This document shows positions 19,886 through 30,263 of a stretch of 64,000 bases of DNA, one piece after another. A program made the position numbers and the translations under genes. The notes beneath the pieces are model-generated. The model was given only the letters and a program-made list of their open reading frames with translations. It ran no database searches and was not told the DNA's origin. Source of the DNA: an uncultured Acidobacteriota bacterium (lineage in GTDB: Bacteria; Acidobacteriota; JAQAZP01); the NCBI GenBank assembly GCA_963836075.1, contig CAWIIB010000009.1:1920001-1984000 (forward strand), in the 5' to 3' direction. The first letter of the stretch is position 1; each line of letters begins with the position of its first letter.

Positions 19886-20991
19886 GCCCGGCCCAGGTGG
19901 AAATCCAGCTCATCGCGGCGGTGACCGCGGCCGCCTGCGCCCTGCCCGGGGTGTTCCTGGTGCTCCGGCGAATGGCGATGATGAGCGACGCCATCAGCCA
20001 CTCGATCCTTCTGGGTATCGTGCTGGCCTTCTTTGCCACCGGTGACCTGGCTTCGCCGCTGCTGCTGGTGGCGGCGGCGGTGACCGGTCTGGTCACCGTG
20101 GCGCTGGTGGAACTGCTGGGCCGGTCACGCCTCTTGAAGGAGGATGTCGCCATCGGCCTGGTTTTCCCGGTGCTGTTCAGTGCGGGGGTGATCCTCATCG
20201 CCCGCTATGCCGGGGACGTGCACCTGGACACCGACTCGGTGCTGCTGGGTGAGCTGGCCTTCGCACCCTTTCACCGCTTCCAGATGTTTGGTATGGATTG
20301 GGGGCCGGTCTCCCTGGTGGTGATGATCGGAGCGCTGCTGGCCAACGCCGCTTTCCTGCTCTTCTTCTACAAGGAGATGAAGCTCTCCACCTTCGACCCC
20401 GAGCTGGCCGCTGCACTGGGCTTCTCTCCAGTCTTCCTCCACTACACCCACATGGGTCTGGTCTCGGTAACCGCGGTGAGTGCCTTTGATGCGGTGGGCT
20501 CGGTGCTGGTGGTGGCCTTGATGATCGGTCCACCGGCCGCGGCCTACCTGCTCACCGACCGGCTGCCGGTGATGATATCCCTCTCGGTGGGCATCGGGGT
20601 GGCCAGTTCGCTGGCCGGGTACTGGCTGGCCCATTCCCTCGATGCCTCCATTGCCGGGTCGATGGCCGCCATGACCGGAGTGGCCTTTCTGCTGGCCCTT
20701 TTCTTTGCGCCGGGACGGGGGCTGGCCGCCATCGCCCGTCGCCGCCGGCGTCAGCGTCTGGACTTTGCCGGGCAGATGCTGGCCGTCCACTTGCTGCAGC
20801 ACGAGGGCTGCCCAGAGGAACCCTACGAGAGCAGCATGGCCCAGCTGGAAGAACACTTCCGCTGGGACCGGGGATTCGCCCAGCGCATTGTCCGGTTGGG
20901 GACGAATCGGGAACTGATGGTGCAGCAGGACGACTGTCTACAGCTCACCGACAGCGGGCGGGATCTGGCGCGGACAGTGGTGGTGCGTTAG
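19882..20991 (+). CDS. troD: Metal ABC transporter permease with C-terminal wHTH-like extension
   Basis: DAISHSILLG, VHLDTDSVLLGEL, FDPELA; ATGA overlap with the upstream gene. Confidence 0.88.
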   Translation: MSPAQVEIQLIAAVTAAACALPGVFLVLRRMAMMSDAISHSILLGIVLAFFATGDLASPLLLVAAAVTGLVTVALVELLGRSRLLKEDVAIGLVFPVLFSAGVILIARYAGDVHLDTDSVLLGELAFAPFHRFQMFGMDWGPVSLVVMIGALLANAAFLLFFYKEMKLSTFDPELAAALGFSPVFLHYTHMGLVSVTAVSAFDAVGSVLVVALMIGPPAAAYLLTDRLPVMISLSVGIGVASSLAGYWLAHSLDASIAGSMAAMTGVAFLLALFFAPGRGLAAIARRRRRQRLDFAGQMLAVHLLQHEGCPEEPYESSMAQLEEHFRWDRGFAQRIVRLGTNRELMVQQDDCLQLTDSGRDLARTVVVR

Positions 20992-21542
20992 GGCAGCAGC
21001 TCGCGCCGCACCATGGCCAGCCAGGATTTGCGTGCCCGCACTTCATTCAGTGCGTTGTGCGTGGCCAGCCGGGCGAACCGGTCTTCCCCGAATTTCAGCG
21101 CTGCTAACCGTTCCAGCGTGTCTTTCTCCAGGCTCTTCAGTTCCGCGGCGGCACTGTCCAGCCAGCGGCCCAGCTCCCCCTGGTTCAGCAACCCGAGGAA
21201 GAAGGTCCGCGTGCGCAGCGGGTCGAAGGTTCCGTCCACGGCGGCACGTACCACCGGCGGGCCAAGCCAGCCGCGCAGTGCCTTCAGGCCGGACGGGGTG
21301 ACGGTGTACTCCTGCCCCGGGCGGCGTCCGCGGCGCCGTGTCCGTCCGGCGATCAGGCCGCGCTGGGCCAGCCGGCGGACCAGGGGGTAGATCGAGCCGG
21401 TGCTGGCGCTCCAGTGGGAGGAGAGCGACTGTTGAAACTGCTTTCGCACGGCGTAGGCCGTGCAGGGGCCATCGCTCCAGACCACGCCGAGCACGGTGGC
21501 TTCCAGGTCGGTGAGACCAGGCATTTCTTCAGACGTTCTCAT
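20988..21542 (-). CDS. PadR-family transcriptional regulator
   Basis: WSASTGSIYPLVRRLAQRGLI..YTVTPSG; RBS GAGGAG. Confidence 0.85.
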   Translation of the reverse strand: MRTSEEMPGLTDLEATVLGVVWSDGPCTAYAVRKQFQQSLSSHWSASTGSIYPLVRRLAQRGLIAGRTRRRGRRPGQEYTVTPSGLKALRGWLGPPVVRAAVDGTFDPLRTRTFFLGLLNQGELGRWLDSAAAELKSLEKDTLERLAALKFGEDRFARLATHNALNEVRARKSWLAMVRRELLP

Positions 21543-21656
21543 GGCACTCCTCAACAGGTCATCTGACCGCTGGTTGGTGCGAATCGTATCGTGTTTCTGT
21601 CCGGCGTGCCAGTGCGGCAGACAGTTGACCGGAACCCGGAGCGCGGATAGAGTCGA

Positions 21657-23042
21657 GTGATGGACGTCCTGCTCATCAAACCCGGCAATCTGAGCGACCA
21701 CATTCAGCCGTCGTTGGCCCTGGGATACCTGGCGGCGCAGATCCGCCGGGACCACCGGGTGCGGATCGTCGACCTGATGAAGGAGGACCACTCCGCCGAA
21801 GGCCTGGCCGCCTTGCTGGGGGAGTTCCAGCCGCGGCTGGTGGGGATCCAGTGCTACAGCATGGATCTGCCCCAGGTGAAGAACCTGCTGGAAACGGTCA
21901 AGAACCACGATCCGGAGGTGACCACCATCATCGGCGGGGCCCACCCCACGGCCGCCCCGGCCCAGTGCCTGGTGCAGTTCGGTCCGGAACTGCTCGACTT
22001 CGTTATTGCTGGTGAAGCGGAACGGGGTTTTCCCCTGCTGCTGGCGGTGCTGGAGGCGGGCCAGGTCACATTCGAAGAAATCCCTGGACTGGGCTGGCGG
22101 GAAGGCGAGGGGGTCCGCCTCAACGAGCCGGAGTTTCTGGAAGACCTGGATAGCCTGGGCATGCCGGCCTGGGACCTGATCTCACCGGAAAACTATCCCT
22201 TTTCACCCCACGGTGTGGTCTGCATGAACCAGCCGGTGGCGCCGGTGATGGCCACCCGGGGCTGCCCCTACCTCTGCACCTTCTGTTCCACTGCCGGCCA
22301 GCCGTTCCGCAAGCGCTCGGCAGGCCTCTTCCTCGAGGAGGTGCAACTACTCTACCAGACCCACGGGATCCGCGAATTCCACATGGTCGACGACAACTTC
22401 ACCATGGACATGGACTATGCCCGCGACCTGCTGGAGGGACTGATCCGCCTCGACCTCAAGGCCAGCTGGTCCACCCCTAACGGGGTTCGCCTGGAGCGGC
22501 TGGACCGGGAGATCATCGAACTGATGAAGAAGGCCGGTTTCTACTCCATCGCCGTGGGGATCGAGTCGGGATCGGACAGGATACGTAAACTGATCCGCAA
22601 GGGGTCCACCACCGACGAGGTGCGGCGCAAGATCAGGATGGTCCGGGACGCTGGCGGGATCGACATTACAGGCTTCTTCATGCTCGGCATCCCCGGGGAG
22701 ACCCGCGAGGACATCGAAGCCACGCTCCGCTTCTCCCGCGAGCTGCCCCTGCACCGGGCCGCCTTCCACTCCTTTCTGCCCCTCCCAGGGGCCAGAATCT
22801 GGCAGGAAATGGAGGAGAGCGGCGAGATCAACCAGGCGGACCTTTCCCACCGCTACTTTTTCTGGGCCGGGGCTTACGTGCCGCGGGGGATGAGCAGGGG
22901 CGAACTGCGAAGCCTGCACCGCAAGGCTTTTCTCCGCTTCTACCTCCGCCCCCGGATCCTGCTGGCCAACGGCCGCTACCTGCTCAAACCCCGGGTGATG
23001 AAACACGCCCTCAAATATCTTCTCCGGCGGTTCCAGGGTTGA
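21657..23042 (+). CDS. Cobalamin-binding radical SAM protein
   Basis: LALGYLAA, IIGGAHPT, GEAE, TRGCPYLCTFC, GIESG, GIPGET. Confidence 0.92.
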   Translation: MMDVLLIKPGNLSDHIQPSLALGYLAAQIRRDHRVRIVDLMKEDHSAEGLAALLGEFQPRLVGIQCYSMDLPQVKNLLETVKNHDPEVTTIIGGAHPTAAPAQCLVQFGPELLDFVIAGEAERGFPLLLAVLEAGQVTFEEIPGLGWREGEGVRLNEPEFLEDLDSLGMPAWDLISPENYPFSPHGVVCMNQPVAPVMATRGCPYLCTFCSTAGQPFRKRSAGLFLEEVQLLYQTHGIREFHMVDDNFTMDMDYARDLLEGLIRLDLKASWSTPNGVRLERLDREIIELMKKAGFYSIAVGIESGSDRIRKLIRKGSTTDEVRRKIRMVRDAGGIDITGFFMLGIPGETREDIEATLRFSRELPLHRAAFHSFLPLPGARIWQEMEESGEINQADLSHRYFFWAGAYVPRGMSRGELRSLHRKAFLRFYLRPRILLANGRYLLKPRVMKHALKYLLRRFQG

Positions 23043-23090
23043 GGCCGGGCGGGTCATCCCCCCCGTCTGCCGGGGGGGGGATTCAGCCGG

Positions 23091-23936
23091 CTACAAATTG
23101 ATGGCCAGGGCGATCACCGAGATCAGGTCGTTCCTCTTCGAGTCGTAGGGCGGACGTGAGTTGTAGCGGTCCTCGATGGAGAAGCGCAGGCTCAGAGTGG
23201 TGGTCATCGCCGCTTCCACACCGATGGCGGCGTTGACCAGGTAGCTGTCGAAATCGTCGAACTCGGGCATATACTCCGCCGTCTGCCAGATCTTCGCCGT
23301 CGGGCTGAACCGGTACTCGAAGTTGTTGGCCAGGCGCAGGGAGAATTTGTCGTCCGCATCGAGGGTCGGCATGTCGCCGGTGGGGTCGTCCTCGTAATCC
23401 TCGTGGATGTAGGCCACACCGCCTTCCAGGCCCAGCGTGGTCCGCCCGCTGTCGATCACGTTGCGGCCGTAGCCCACCGCGGTGGTGAAGCGGTAGGCGA
23501 TCAGCGCGATCTTGTCGTGGAACAGCGAGGTGTTGGAAAAGATATACGACTTGTCGAACATCCGCTTGTAGTTGAAGAACAGGTTGGCGATCTCGGTGGA
23601 TGTCTCACTGTCGGTCTCGCCGTAGCTGCCCGAGAGGCCGAGGGCGAACTCGTTTTTCTCGGTTTTCTTTTCGCTGCCCACGGACAGGTTCAGGCCCAGG
23701 GTGTCGCTGTTGCCCGAGGTCAGGCTGCCGCCAAAGCCGATGGAGGTGAGCCAGCGGGGTTCGGCATCTTCCTCTTCTTCCGTGGCCGTGGCCTCCAGCA
23801 GGTCCTCGGCCGCCGTGGCGGCGCCGGCAACCGAGTCCTGTGCCAGGGCCATGGACGGCACGGCGAGCAGCAGGACGGCAACGGCCAGGGTCATCAGGGC
23901 TCTCAAAATCGAGGCGTTCAGTTTACGTTTACTCAT
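23091..23936 (-). CDS. DUF481-family outer-membrane beta-barrel protein
   Basis: Signal peptide, GGSLTSGNSDT, amphipathic strands. Confidence 0.8.
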   Translation of the reverse strand: MSKRKLNASILRALMTLAVAVLLLAVPSMALAQDSVAGAATAAEDLLEATATEEEEDAEPRWLTSIGFGGSLTSGNSDTLGLNLSVGSEKKTEKNEFALGLSGSYGETDSETSTEIANLFFNYKRMFDKSYIFSNTSLFHDKIALIAYRFTTAVGYGRNVIDSGRTTLGLEGGVAYIHEDYEDDPTGDMPTLDADDKFSLRLANNFEYRFSPTAKIWQTAEYMPEFDDFDSYLVNAAIGVEAAMTTTLSLRFSIEDRYNSRPPYDSKRNDLISVIALAINL

Positions 23937-24045
23937 GGTCTTTCTCACGAGCTCCTCTGAATAGTGCCGGGCCTTATATCCAAGGCCCGGAGAATTCGTT
24001 TCGTTCACACAGCCGCAATTGGCGGCCGAGTCCAAATCTGGATGC

Positions 24046-24873
24046 TCAGGCAGCGCTGTCGCCGGCCTGGTGAATGTGCACGTCGCGCTGGGGGAACGGG
24101 ATGGAGCAGCCGTTGGCCTCCAGCTCTTCCTTCAACCGGCGGGTCAGTTCGAACTTCACCCCGAAGTAGTCGGCCGGGATGCACCAGGGGCGGACCACCA
24201 GGTTGACCGAGGAATCGCCCATCTCGCAGACCGCCACCTGGGGCTCCGGATCGGCCAGCACACGGTCGTCAGCCTTCACCACCCGGGTGATAATCTCGAT
24301 GGCCTTGCCGATGTCGTCGCCGTAGCTGATACCCACCACCATGTCCACCCGCCGTCTTTCGATGTCGGTGTAGTTGCTGATGGTGGCGCCGTAGACCTGA
24401 GAGTTGGGGACGATTACTTTGACGTTGTCCGGGGTGCTGAGCGTGGTGGTGAAGATACCGAGCTCCTGGACCACACCAGTGATGCCGCCGGTTTCCACCA
24501 GGTCCCCGATCTTGAAGGGTCGGAAGATCAGCAGCATCACCCCGGCGGCGAAGCTGGAGAGGGTTCCCTGGAGGGCCAGGCCCACGGCCAGACCGGCGGC
24601 GCCCAGCACCACCACGAATGATGCGACGGGAATGCCGAAGATGCCGAGCACGGCGATGATCACGAAAGCGATCGCCAGGTAGTAGACCATGCTTGAAACA
24701 AAGGGGATCAGTGTCGCGTCGGTTTTGCTCCGCTCGAGCAGACGCCGGGTCCAGCCGCGCATCATGCCGGCCACCATGCGGCCGATGATCAGCACCGCTA
24801 TTGCGCCCACTACCCGAAGCCCCCAGGTGGAGACCAGTTGGGTGATCACGTTTATGATCGCTTCCGTGTCCAT
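24046..24873 (-). CDS. mscS: Small-conductance mechanosensitive channel
   Basis: GLAVGLALQGTLSSFAAG, RPFKIGD, IPFPQRDVH. Confidence 0.92.
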   Translation of the reverse strand: MDTEAIINVITQLVSTWGLRVVGAIAVLIIGRMVAGMMRGWTRRLLERSKTDATLIPFVSSMVYYLAIAFVIIAVLGIFGIPVASFVVVLGAAGLAVGLALQGTLSSFAAGVMLLIFRPFKIGDLVETGGITGVVQELGIFTTTLSTPDNVKVIVPNSQVYGATISNYTDIERRRVDMVVGISYGDDIGKAIEIITRVVKADDRVLADPEPQVAVCEMGDSSVNLVVRPWCIPADYFGVKFELTRRLKEELEANGCSIPFPQRDVHIHQAGDSAA

Positions 24874-25289
24874 TTTGCGTTCCTCCGAACAGTTTTTGCG
24901 GGTTTACTCGATGGTGACCGAATTCCGTGGGAATTGCCGGCCACCCGTGTGCATTCCTGATTCGATAATTTAATCGACAGATATTATCTAAATAGCGGGC
25001 GATGTCAAATGATAAAACAGGGACTGCTTACGATTTATATGATGATCTTAAGACAAAAAAGTCACAAGAAAAGTGAAGTCATGACCCACTTGAGCCGGAT
25101 GGCACTGTTGCCATGGGGCAGGTCGTGGTTAATGAGGCCAATGCAGTCCGTCTCGCCTTCCCATGGCAAAGTAATCCGGATAGTATTAGGGAATATTGAA
25201 TACACAGTTTTTGGCGATTTTCACGTTTTTATGGACGGGATACACCGTAAACTTGTCATGCACCCTGATTCATTCCTGAGGAGCAAGAA

Positions 25290-26438
25290 ATGATGGAAAA
25301 ACCCAGATGCCGGTCCGTCCGGTGTTGCGGCCTGGTCATTGCGGCGCTCATTTTCGTGCTGCCCGCCCTGACCCTTGCCTCCACCGGCGATGCGGGCCAC
25401 CCAAAAACCGGGGCGGAAATCTACATGGAGGCCTGTGCCAACTGCCATGGCGCGGACGGCCGGGGGGCGCCTCCGAGCCTGCTGGCCTTCGCGGAGCAGG
25501 TGCCCGACTTCACCGATTGCGATTTTACCATGCGCGAACCTTCGGCCGACTGGACGGGCATCGCTTTCGAGGGCGGCCCCACCCGGGGGTTCTCCGTGAT
25601 GATGCCCGCCTTTGGCGAAGTGCTCACCGTGGCCGAGCTGGAAATGGTCATCGCCTACGTGAAGGAGTTCTGCCAGGACAAGCGTTGGCCCAGCGGCGAC
25701 CTGAACCTCCCCCGGGCGATTTTCACCGAAAAGGCCTTTGTCGAGGATGAGGCGGTCTTCTCGGTGACCGTACCCACCGAAGGCGACAAAGTGTCTTCCA
25801 AGGTGATTTACGAGCAGCGTTTCGGGCCCAAGAGCCAGTTCGAGCTGATCGTGCCCCTGGGCTGGGCAGAGAAGCCGGGAGATGAAAATGGTGACGGCGA
25901 CGGCTGGACCTCGGCGGTGGGCGACATCGCCGTGGGGGTCAAACACATCCTCTACTTCAGCAGGGAGCGGGGGAGTATCTTCAGCATTGCGGGAGAGGTA
26001 AAACTTCCCACCGGTGACGAGGACGAGGGGTTCGGCAAGGGAACCGCGGCTATCGAGCCTTTTGTTTCCTTTGGCCAGATCCTGCCCGCCGAGTTCTTCC
26101 TCCACGCCCAGGCCGGCACCGAGGTGCCATTCGATTCCGACAAGGCGGACACCGAGGGTTTCCTGCGCCTGGCCCTGGGCCGGACCTTTACCGCCGGGAC
26201 CTGGGGCCGTGCCTGGTCACCCATTGTGGAAGTGCTGGGTGGACGGGAGTTCGTCTCCGGAGCCGACACCAACTGGGACGTGGCGCCCCAGATCCAGGTG
26301 ACCCTGAATACCCGGCAGCACGTGATGATGAGCATCGGTGTGCGCACGCCGATCAACAATACCGAAGGACGTTCGACCCAGATTGCGGCCTACCTGCTGT
26401 GGGACTGGTTCGACGGCGGATTCTCCGAGGGGTGGTGA
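25290..26438 (+). CDS. Monoheme cytochrome c fused to a putative beta-barrel domain
   Basis: Signal peptide, CANCH, MMPAF distal Met, then about 240 aa of beta-strand-like sequence. Confidence 0.75.
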   Translation: MMEKPRCRSVRCCGLVIAALIFVLPALTLASTGDAGHPKTGAEIYMEACANCHGADGRGAPPSLLAFAEQVPDFTDCDFTMREPSADWTGIAFEGGPTRGFSVMMPAFGEVLTVAELEMVIAYVKEFCQDKRWPSGDLNLPRAIFTEKAFVEDEAVFSVTVPTEGDKVSSKVIYEQRFGPKSQFELIVPLGWAEKPGDENGDGDGWTSAVGDIAVGVKHILYFSRERGSIFSIAGEVKLPTGDEDEGFGKGTAAIEPFVSFGQILPAEFFLHAQAGTEVPFDSDKADTEGFLRLALGRTFTAGTWGRAWSPIVEVLGGREFVSGADTNWDVAPQIQVTLNTRQHVMMSIGVRTPINNTEGRSTQIAAYLLWDWFDGGFSEGW

Positions 26439-26439
26439 A

Positions 26440-28107
26440 ATGAAGAGCATGAAACAGGCAATTGTTCTGCTGCCGGTTCTGCTGCTGTGGACGGCGGTTT
26501 TCCTTAGCCCGGCGGCCCTGGCTTCTTCCCCGGAATCGACCACGGGTGTGCTGACCGAAGAGATGGCCGGGCAGCCCGAACTGTTCGTCACCGCCGACCG
26601 CTGTATCGCCTGTCACAACGGGTTGACCGACCATTCGGGCCAGGACATCTCCATCGGCGCCAACTGGCGCTCCTCGATGATGGCCAATGCGGCCCTGGAT
26701 CCATACTGGCAAGCCGCGGTGCGCCGGGAGATCATGATTCACCCCGCTGCTTCGGCGGCGATCCAGCACGAGTGTTCGGCCTGCCACATGCCCATGGCGC
26801 GCTTTCATGCCAAGGTCGCCGGCGGGCAGGGCGGTGTCTTCGAAAACCTGCCGGCAAACCGGCAGCAGTCGCCCAGAGGAGTGCTGGCCGTCGACGGCGT
26901 TTCCTGCACCGTCTGCCACCAGATCACGGCCGATCATTTTGGAGAGAAAGAGAGCTTCACCGCCGGTTTTACCATCGACACCACAACGCCGATGGGACAG
27001 CGCACGATCAACGGGCCGTTCGAGGTCGATGCCGGCCGCCAGCGCCTGATGCATTCGGCCACCTTTTACAACCAGCAGAAGGCGGGGCACATCCAGGAGT
27101 CGGAACTGTGCGCCACCTGCCATACGCTATACACCCATGCCCTGGACGACCAGGGCAACGTGGTGGGCGAACTGCCCGAGCAGGTGCCGTACCTGGAGTG
27201 GAAACACAGTTCCTTTGCCGGGGAGCGAAGCTGCCAGTCCTGCCATATGCCCGAAGTAGCCGGGGAGGCGAAGGTCTCCGGCGTGATGGGCCTCCAGCAC
27301 GAGAACGTCTCGAAGCACAGCTTCCGTGGCGGCAACTTCTTCATGCCCCGGATTTTCAACAAGCACCGCGGCGAGCTTGGCGTGCCGGCACTGCCCCAGG
27401 AACTGGCCGGCACCTCGGCCAGCGCGGAAGAGAACCTGGCCAATGCTTCGGCCACTCTGGCCTTGCAGAATGTCGAGCGTTCCGGTGACACGGTGCGGGC
27501 GGAAGTGCTGCTGCAGAACCTGGCCGGTCACAAACTGCCCACGGCCTACCCCTCGCGCCGGGTCTGGGTCCGTTTCACGGTGCAGAACGACAAGGGTGAG
27601 CCCCTCTTCCAGTCGGGTGTGTTGAACGCTGACGGCTCCATTGCCGGCAATGACAACGACGCTGATGGCGCCACCTACGAGCCGCACTACGACCTGATCG
27701 ATCAGGCCGTCCAGGTTCAGATCTACGAGCCGATCCTCGGCGATCACCAGGGCAGGGTCACCACCTCGCTGATCAGCGGCGTCAGCTACCTCAAGGACAA
27801 CCGCATCCTGCCCGATGGCTTCGACAAGGCCACGGCCCACGAAGACGTTGCGGTCAACGGTGCGGCCTCCGAGGACGCCGACTTCATCGGCGGCTCTGAC
27901 CGCGTGAGTTACGAGATAAAACTGGAAAGTGCCCCGGGACCGGTCACCGTCAGGGCCGAGCTGTGGTACCAGCCCATTGGCCATCGCTGGGCGCACAACC
28001 TGGCCGACACCGACGCCGCCGAGACCGCCCGCTTCGTCTCCTACTACGAAGAGCAGGCGGCTGACTCCGCCGTGATGCTGGCCCGGGACGAGGTGGTGGT
28101 TGAGTGA
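26440..28107 (+). CDS. Secreted pentaheme cytochrome c
   Basis: CIACH, CSACH, CTVCH, CATCH, CQSCH; AGHKLPT motif; signal peptide. Confidence 0.88.
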   Translation: MKSMKQAIVLLPVLLLWTAVFLSPAALASSPESTTGVLTEEMAGQPELFVTADRCIACHNGLTDHSGQDISIGANWRSSMMANAALDPYWQAAVRREIMIHPAASAAIQHECSACHMPMARFHAKVAGGQGGVFENLPANRQQSPRGVLAVDGVSCTVCHQITADHFGEKESFTAGFTIDTTTPMGQRTINGPFEVDAGRQRLMHSATFYNQQKAGHIQESELCATCHTLYTHALDDQGNVVGELPEQVPYLEWKHSSFAGERSCQSCHMPEVAGEAKVSGVMGLQHENVSKHSFRGGNFFMPRIFNKHRGELGVPALPQELAGTSASAEENLANASATLALQNVERSGDTVRAEVLLQNLAGHKLPTAYPSRRVWVRFTVQNDKGEPLFQSGVLNADGSIAGNDNDADGATYEPHYDLIDQAVQVQIYEPILGDHQGRVTTSLISGVSYLKDNRILPDGFDKATAHEDVAVNGAASEDADFIGGSDRVSYEIKLESAPGPVTVRAELWYQPIGHRWAHNLADTDAAETARFVSYYEEQAADSAVMLARDEVVVE

Positions 28108-28126
28108 ATGAAAAGAGGTGACAAAA

Positions 28127-28230
28127 AATAGGTGACAGTCACCTATTATCCGGCTGTGAAAGATTGGGGTCAGGTCCCTTTCATTTGCATCGATTCCGGT
28201 GCAAATGAAAGGGACCTGACCCCAATCTTT
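28127..28230. repeat. Paired palindromes (REP-like) between convergent genes
   Basis: AATAGGTGAC-A-GTCACCTATT at 28127-28147, and a perfect 31-bp inverted repeat at 28159-28189/28200-28230. Confidence 0.85.
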
Positions 28231-28235
28231 ATGCA

Positions 28236-30263
28236 TTATTTCTTGAACGCCTGTCCCACCGCTTCGGCCACCAGTTTCTCGTCCGCCGCGGAGGGCAGGG
28301 TGACGTTCATGTCCGGCTCGGCCTCCATGGCCCGGCCGGCGGCGTAGACGGCGCCGTCGTTGCCGGCCCAGGCCCGGCGGGCCAGGCCGTTGGAGACGTC
28401 CCAGGAGAGCATGGCTTTGGCCCGGCGCGCGGCGTCGTCGGTGCCGTCCAGCACCATACCGAAACCGCCGTTGATCACCTCGCCCCAGCCCACGCCGCCG
28501 CCGTTGTGCAGCGAGACCCAGGTGGCGCCGCGGAAGCCGTCGCCGATGAAGTTCTGCACGGCCATGTCGGCGCAGAACATGGAGCCGTCACGGATGTTGG
28601 CCGTCTCGCGGTAGGGTGAGTCGGTGCCCGAGACGTCGTGGTGGTCGCGGCCCAGCACCACAGGGGCAGAGACCACGCCGTCGGCGATGGCCTTGTTGAA
28701 GGCCAGGGCGATGTCGATGCGGCCCTGGCGGTCGGCGTAGAGGATCCGCGCCTGGGAGCCCACCACCATCTTGTTGCGGCCCGCCTCGCGGATCCAGTGC
28801 ACGTTGTCCAGCATCTGCTGCCTGATCCGCGGGTCGGCGGTCTTTGCCGTCTCCTCGAGGATGCCGGCCGAGATCTCGTCGGTTCTGGCCAGGTCATTGG
28901 GGTTGCAGGAGGTGCAGACCCAGCGGAAGGGGCCGAAGCCATAGTCGAAACACATCGGCCCCATGATGTCTTCCACGTACGAGGGGTAGGCGAAGGTGCC
29001 GTCGGGCCTGAGCAGCCCTTTGGCCCCGGCCCGGGAGGCCTCCAGCAGGAAGGCGTTGCCGTAGTCCCAGAAGTGCATCCCCCGCTCGGCCATCCTGTCG
29101 ATGGCCCCCATCTGGCGGCGCAGCGACTCGTAGACCTTTTCCTTGAACCCGGCCGGGTCGTCCACCATCATGCGGTTCGACTGCTCGTAGGTCAGCCCCG
29201 CCGGGTAGTAACCGCCGGTGAAGGGGATGTGCAGCGAGGTCTGGTCGCTGCCCATCTCCACCTCCATCCCGGCCTCGGCCATCCGTTCCCAGAGATCCAC
29301 CACGTTCCCCAGGTAGCCGAGGGAAACCGGTTTCTTTTCCTTCCGCGCCCGCTCGATGCGCAGCAGCATCCTGTCAAGGTCTTCCTCGTACTCGTCGAGC
29401 CAGCCCTGCTCGTGCCGTTTCTTCAGCGCCAGCGGGTTGATCTCGGCGATCACCCCCACTGCACCGGCGATCACCGAGGCCTTGGCCTGGGCCCCGCTCA
29501 TCCCGCCCAGACCCGAGGTGACATAGATCTTGCCCTCCAGGCCTTCACCGGGCCCCAGTTTGAGGTAGTGCCGGCCGGCGTTGAGCAAGGTGATGGTGGT
29601 GCCGTGGACGATGCCCTGGGGCCCGATATACATGAAGCTGCCTGCGGTCATCTGGCCGTACATCGTCACACCCAGGGAAGACATCCGGGTGTAGTCGTCG
29701 TGGCTCGAGTGGTTGGGGATCACCATGCCGTTGGTCACCACCACCCGCGGAGCGTCGGGGTGCGAGGGGAAGAGGCCCAGGGGATGGCCCGAGTACATCA
29801 CCAGGGTCTGCCGGTTGGTCATCTCCGAGAGATACTTCATCACCAGCAGATACTGGGCCCAGTTCTGGAACACCGTGCCGTTGCCGCCGTAGGTGATCAG
29901 TTCGTAGGGGTGCTGGGCCACCCGCTTGTCCAGGTTGTTCTGGATCATCACCATGATCGCCTGGGCCTGGCGGCACTTCGCGGGATACTCGTCGATGGGC
30001 CGGGCATGCATCTCGTAGGCCGGACGAAAACGGCGCATGTAGATCCGGCCGTCCTCGGCCAGCTCGCTGGCGAACTCGGGCGCCAACTGGCTGTGCATCG
30101 ATGCCGGGAAGTAGCGCAGGGCGTTCTTCACCGCCAGCGCTTTCTCCGCGTCGCTGAGCAGCATCGGCCGGGCCGGGGCGTGGTTGATGTCCGGCTCCTC
30201 GGCCGGCATGGGCGGGATTGCCTGCGGGATTCCGGCGGCCACCACCTTCTGGAAATCACTCAT
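28236..30263 (-). CDS. hutU: Urocanate hydratase (long form)
   Basis: YGQMTAGSFMYIGPQGIVHGT, GLGGMSGAQ, SDQTSLH, GRDHHDVSG, HNGGGVGWG. Confidence 0.95.
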   Translation of the reverse strand: MSDFQKVVAAGIPQAIPPMPAEEPDINHAPARPMLLSDAEKALAVKNALRYFPASMHSQLAPEFASELAEDGRIYMRRFRPAYEMHARPIDEYPAKCRQAQAIMVMIQNNLDKRVAQHPYELITYGGNGTVFQNWAQYLLVMKYLSEMTNRQTLVMYSGHPLGLFPSHPDAPRVVVTNGMVIPNHSSHDDYTRMSSLGVTMYGQMTAGSFMYIGPQGIVHGTTITLLNAGRHYLKLGPGEGLEGKIYVTSGLGGMSGAQAKASVIAGAVGVIAEINPLALKKRHEQGWLDEYEEDLDRMLLRIERARKEKKPVSLGYLGNVVDLWERMAEAGMEVEMGSDQTSLHIPFTGGYYPAGLTYEQSNRMMVDDPAGFKEKVYESLRRQMGAIDRMAERGMHFWDYGNAFLLEASRAGAKGLLRPDGTFAYPSYVEDIMGPMCFDYGFGPFRWVCTSCNPNDLARTDEISAGILEETAKTADPRIRQQMLDNVHWIREAGRNKMVVGSQARILYADRQGRIDIALAFNKAIADGVVSAPVVLGRDHHDVSGTDSPYRETANIRDGSMFCADMAVQNFIGDGFRGATWVSLHNGGGVGWGEVINGGFGMVLDGTDDAARRAKAMLSWDVSNGLARRAWAGNDGAVYAAGRAMEAEPDMNVTLPSAADEKLVAEAVGQAFKK

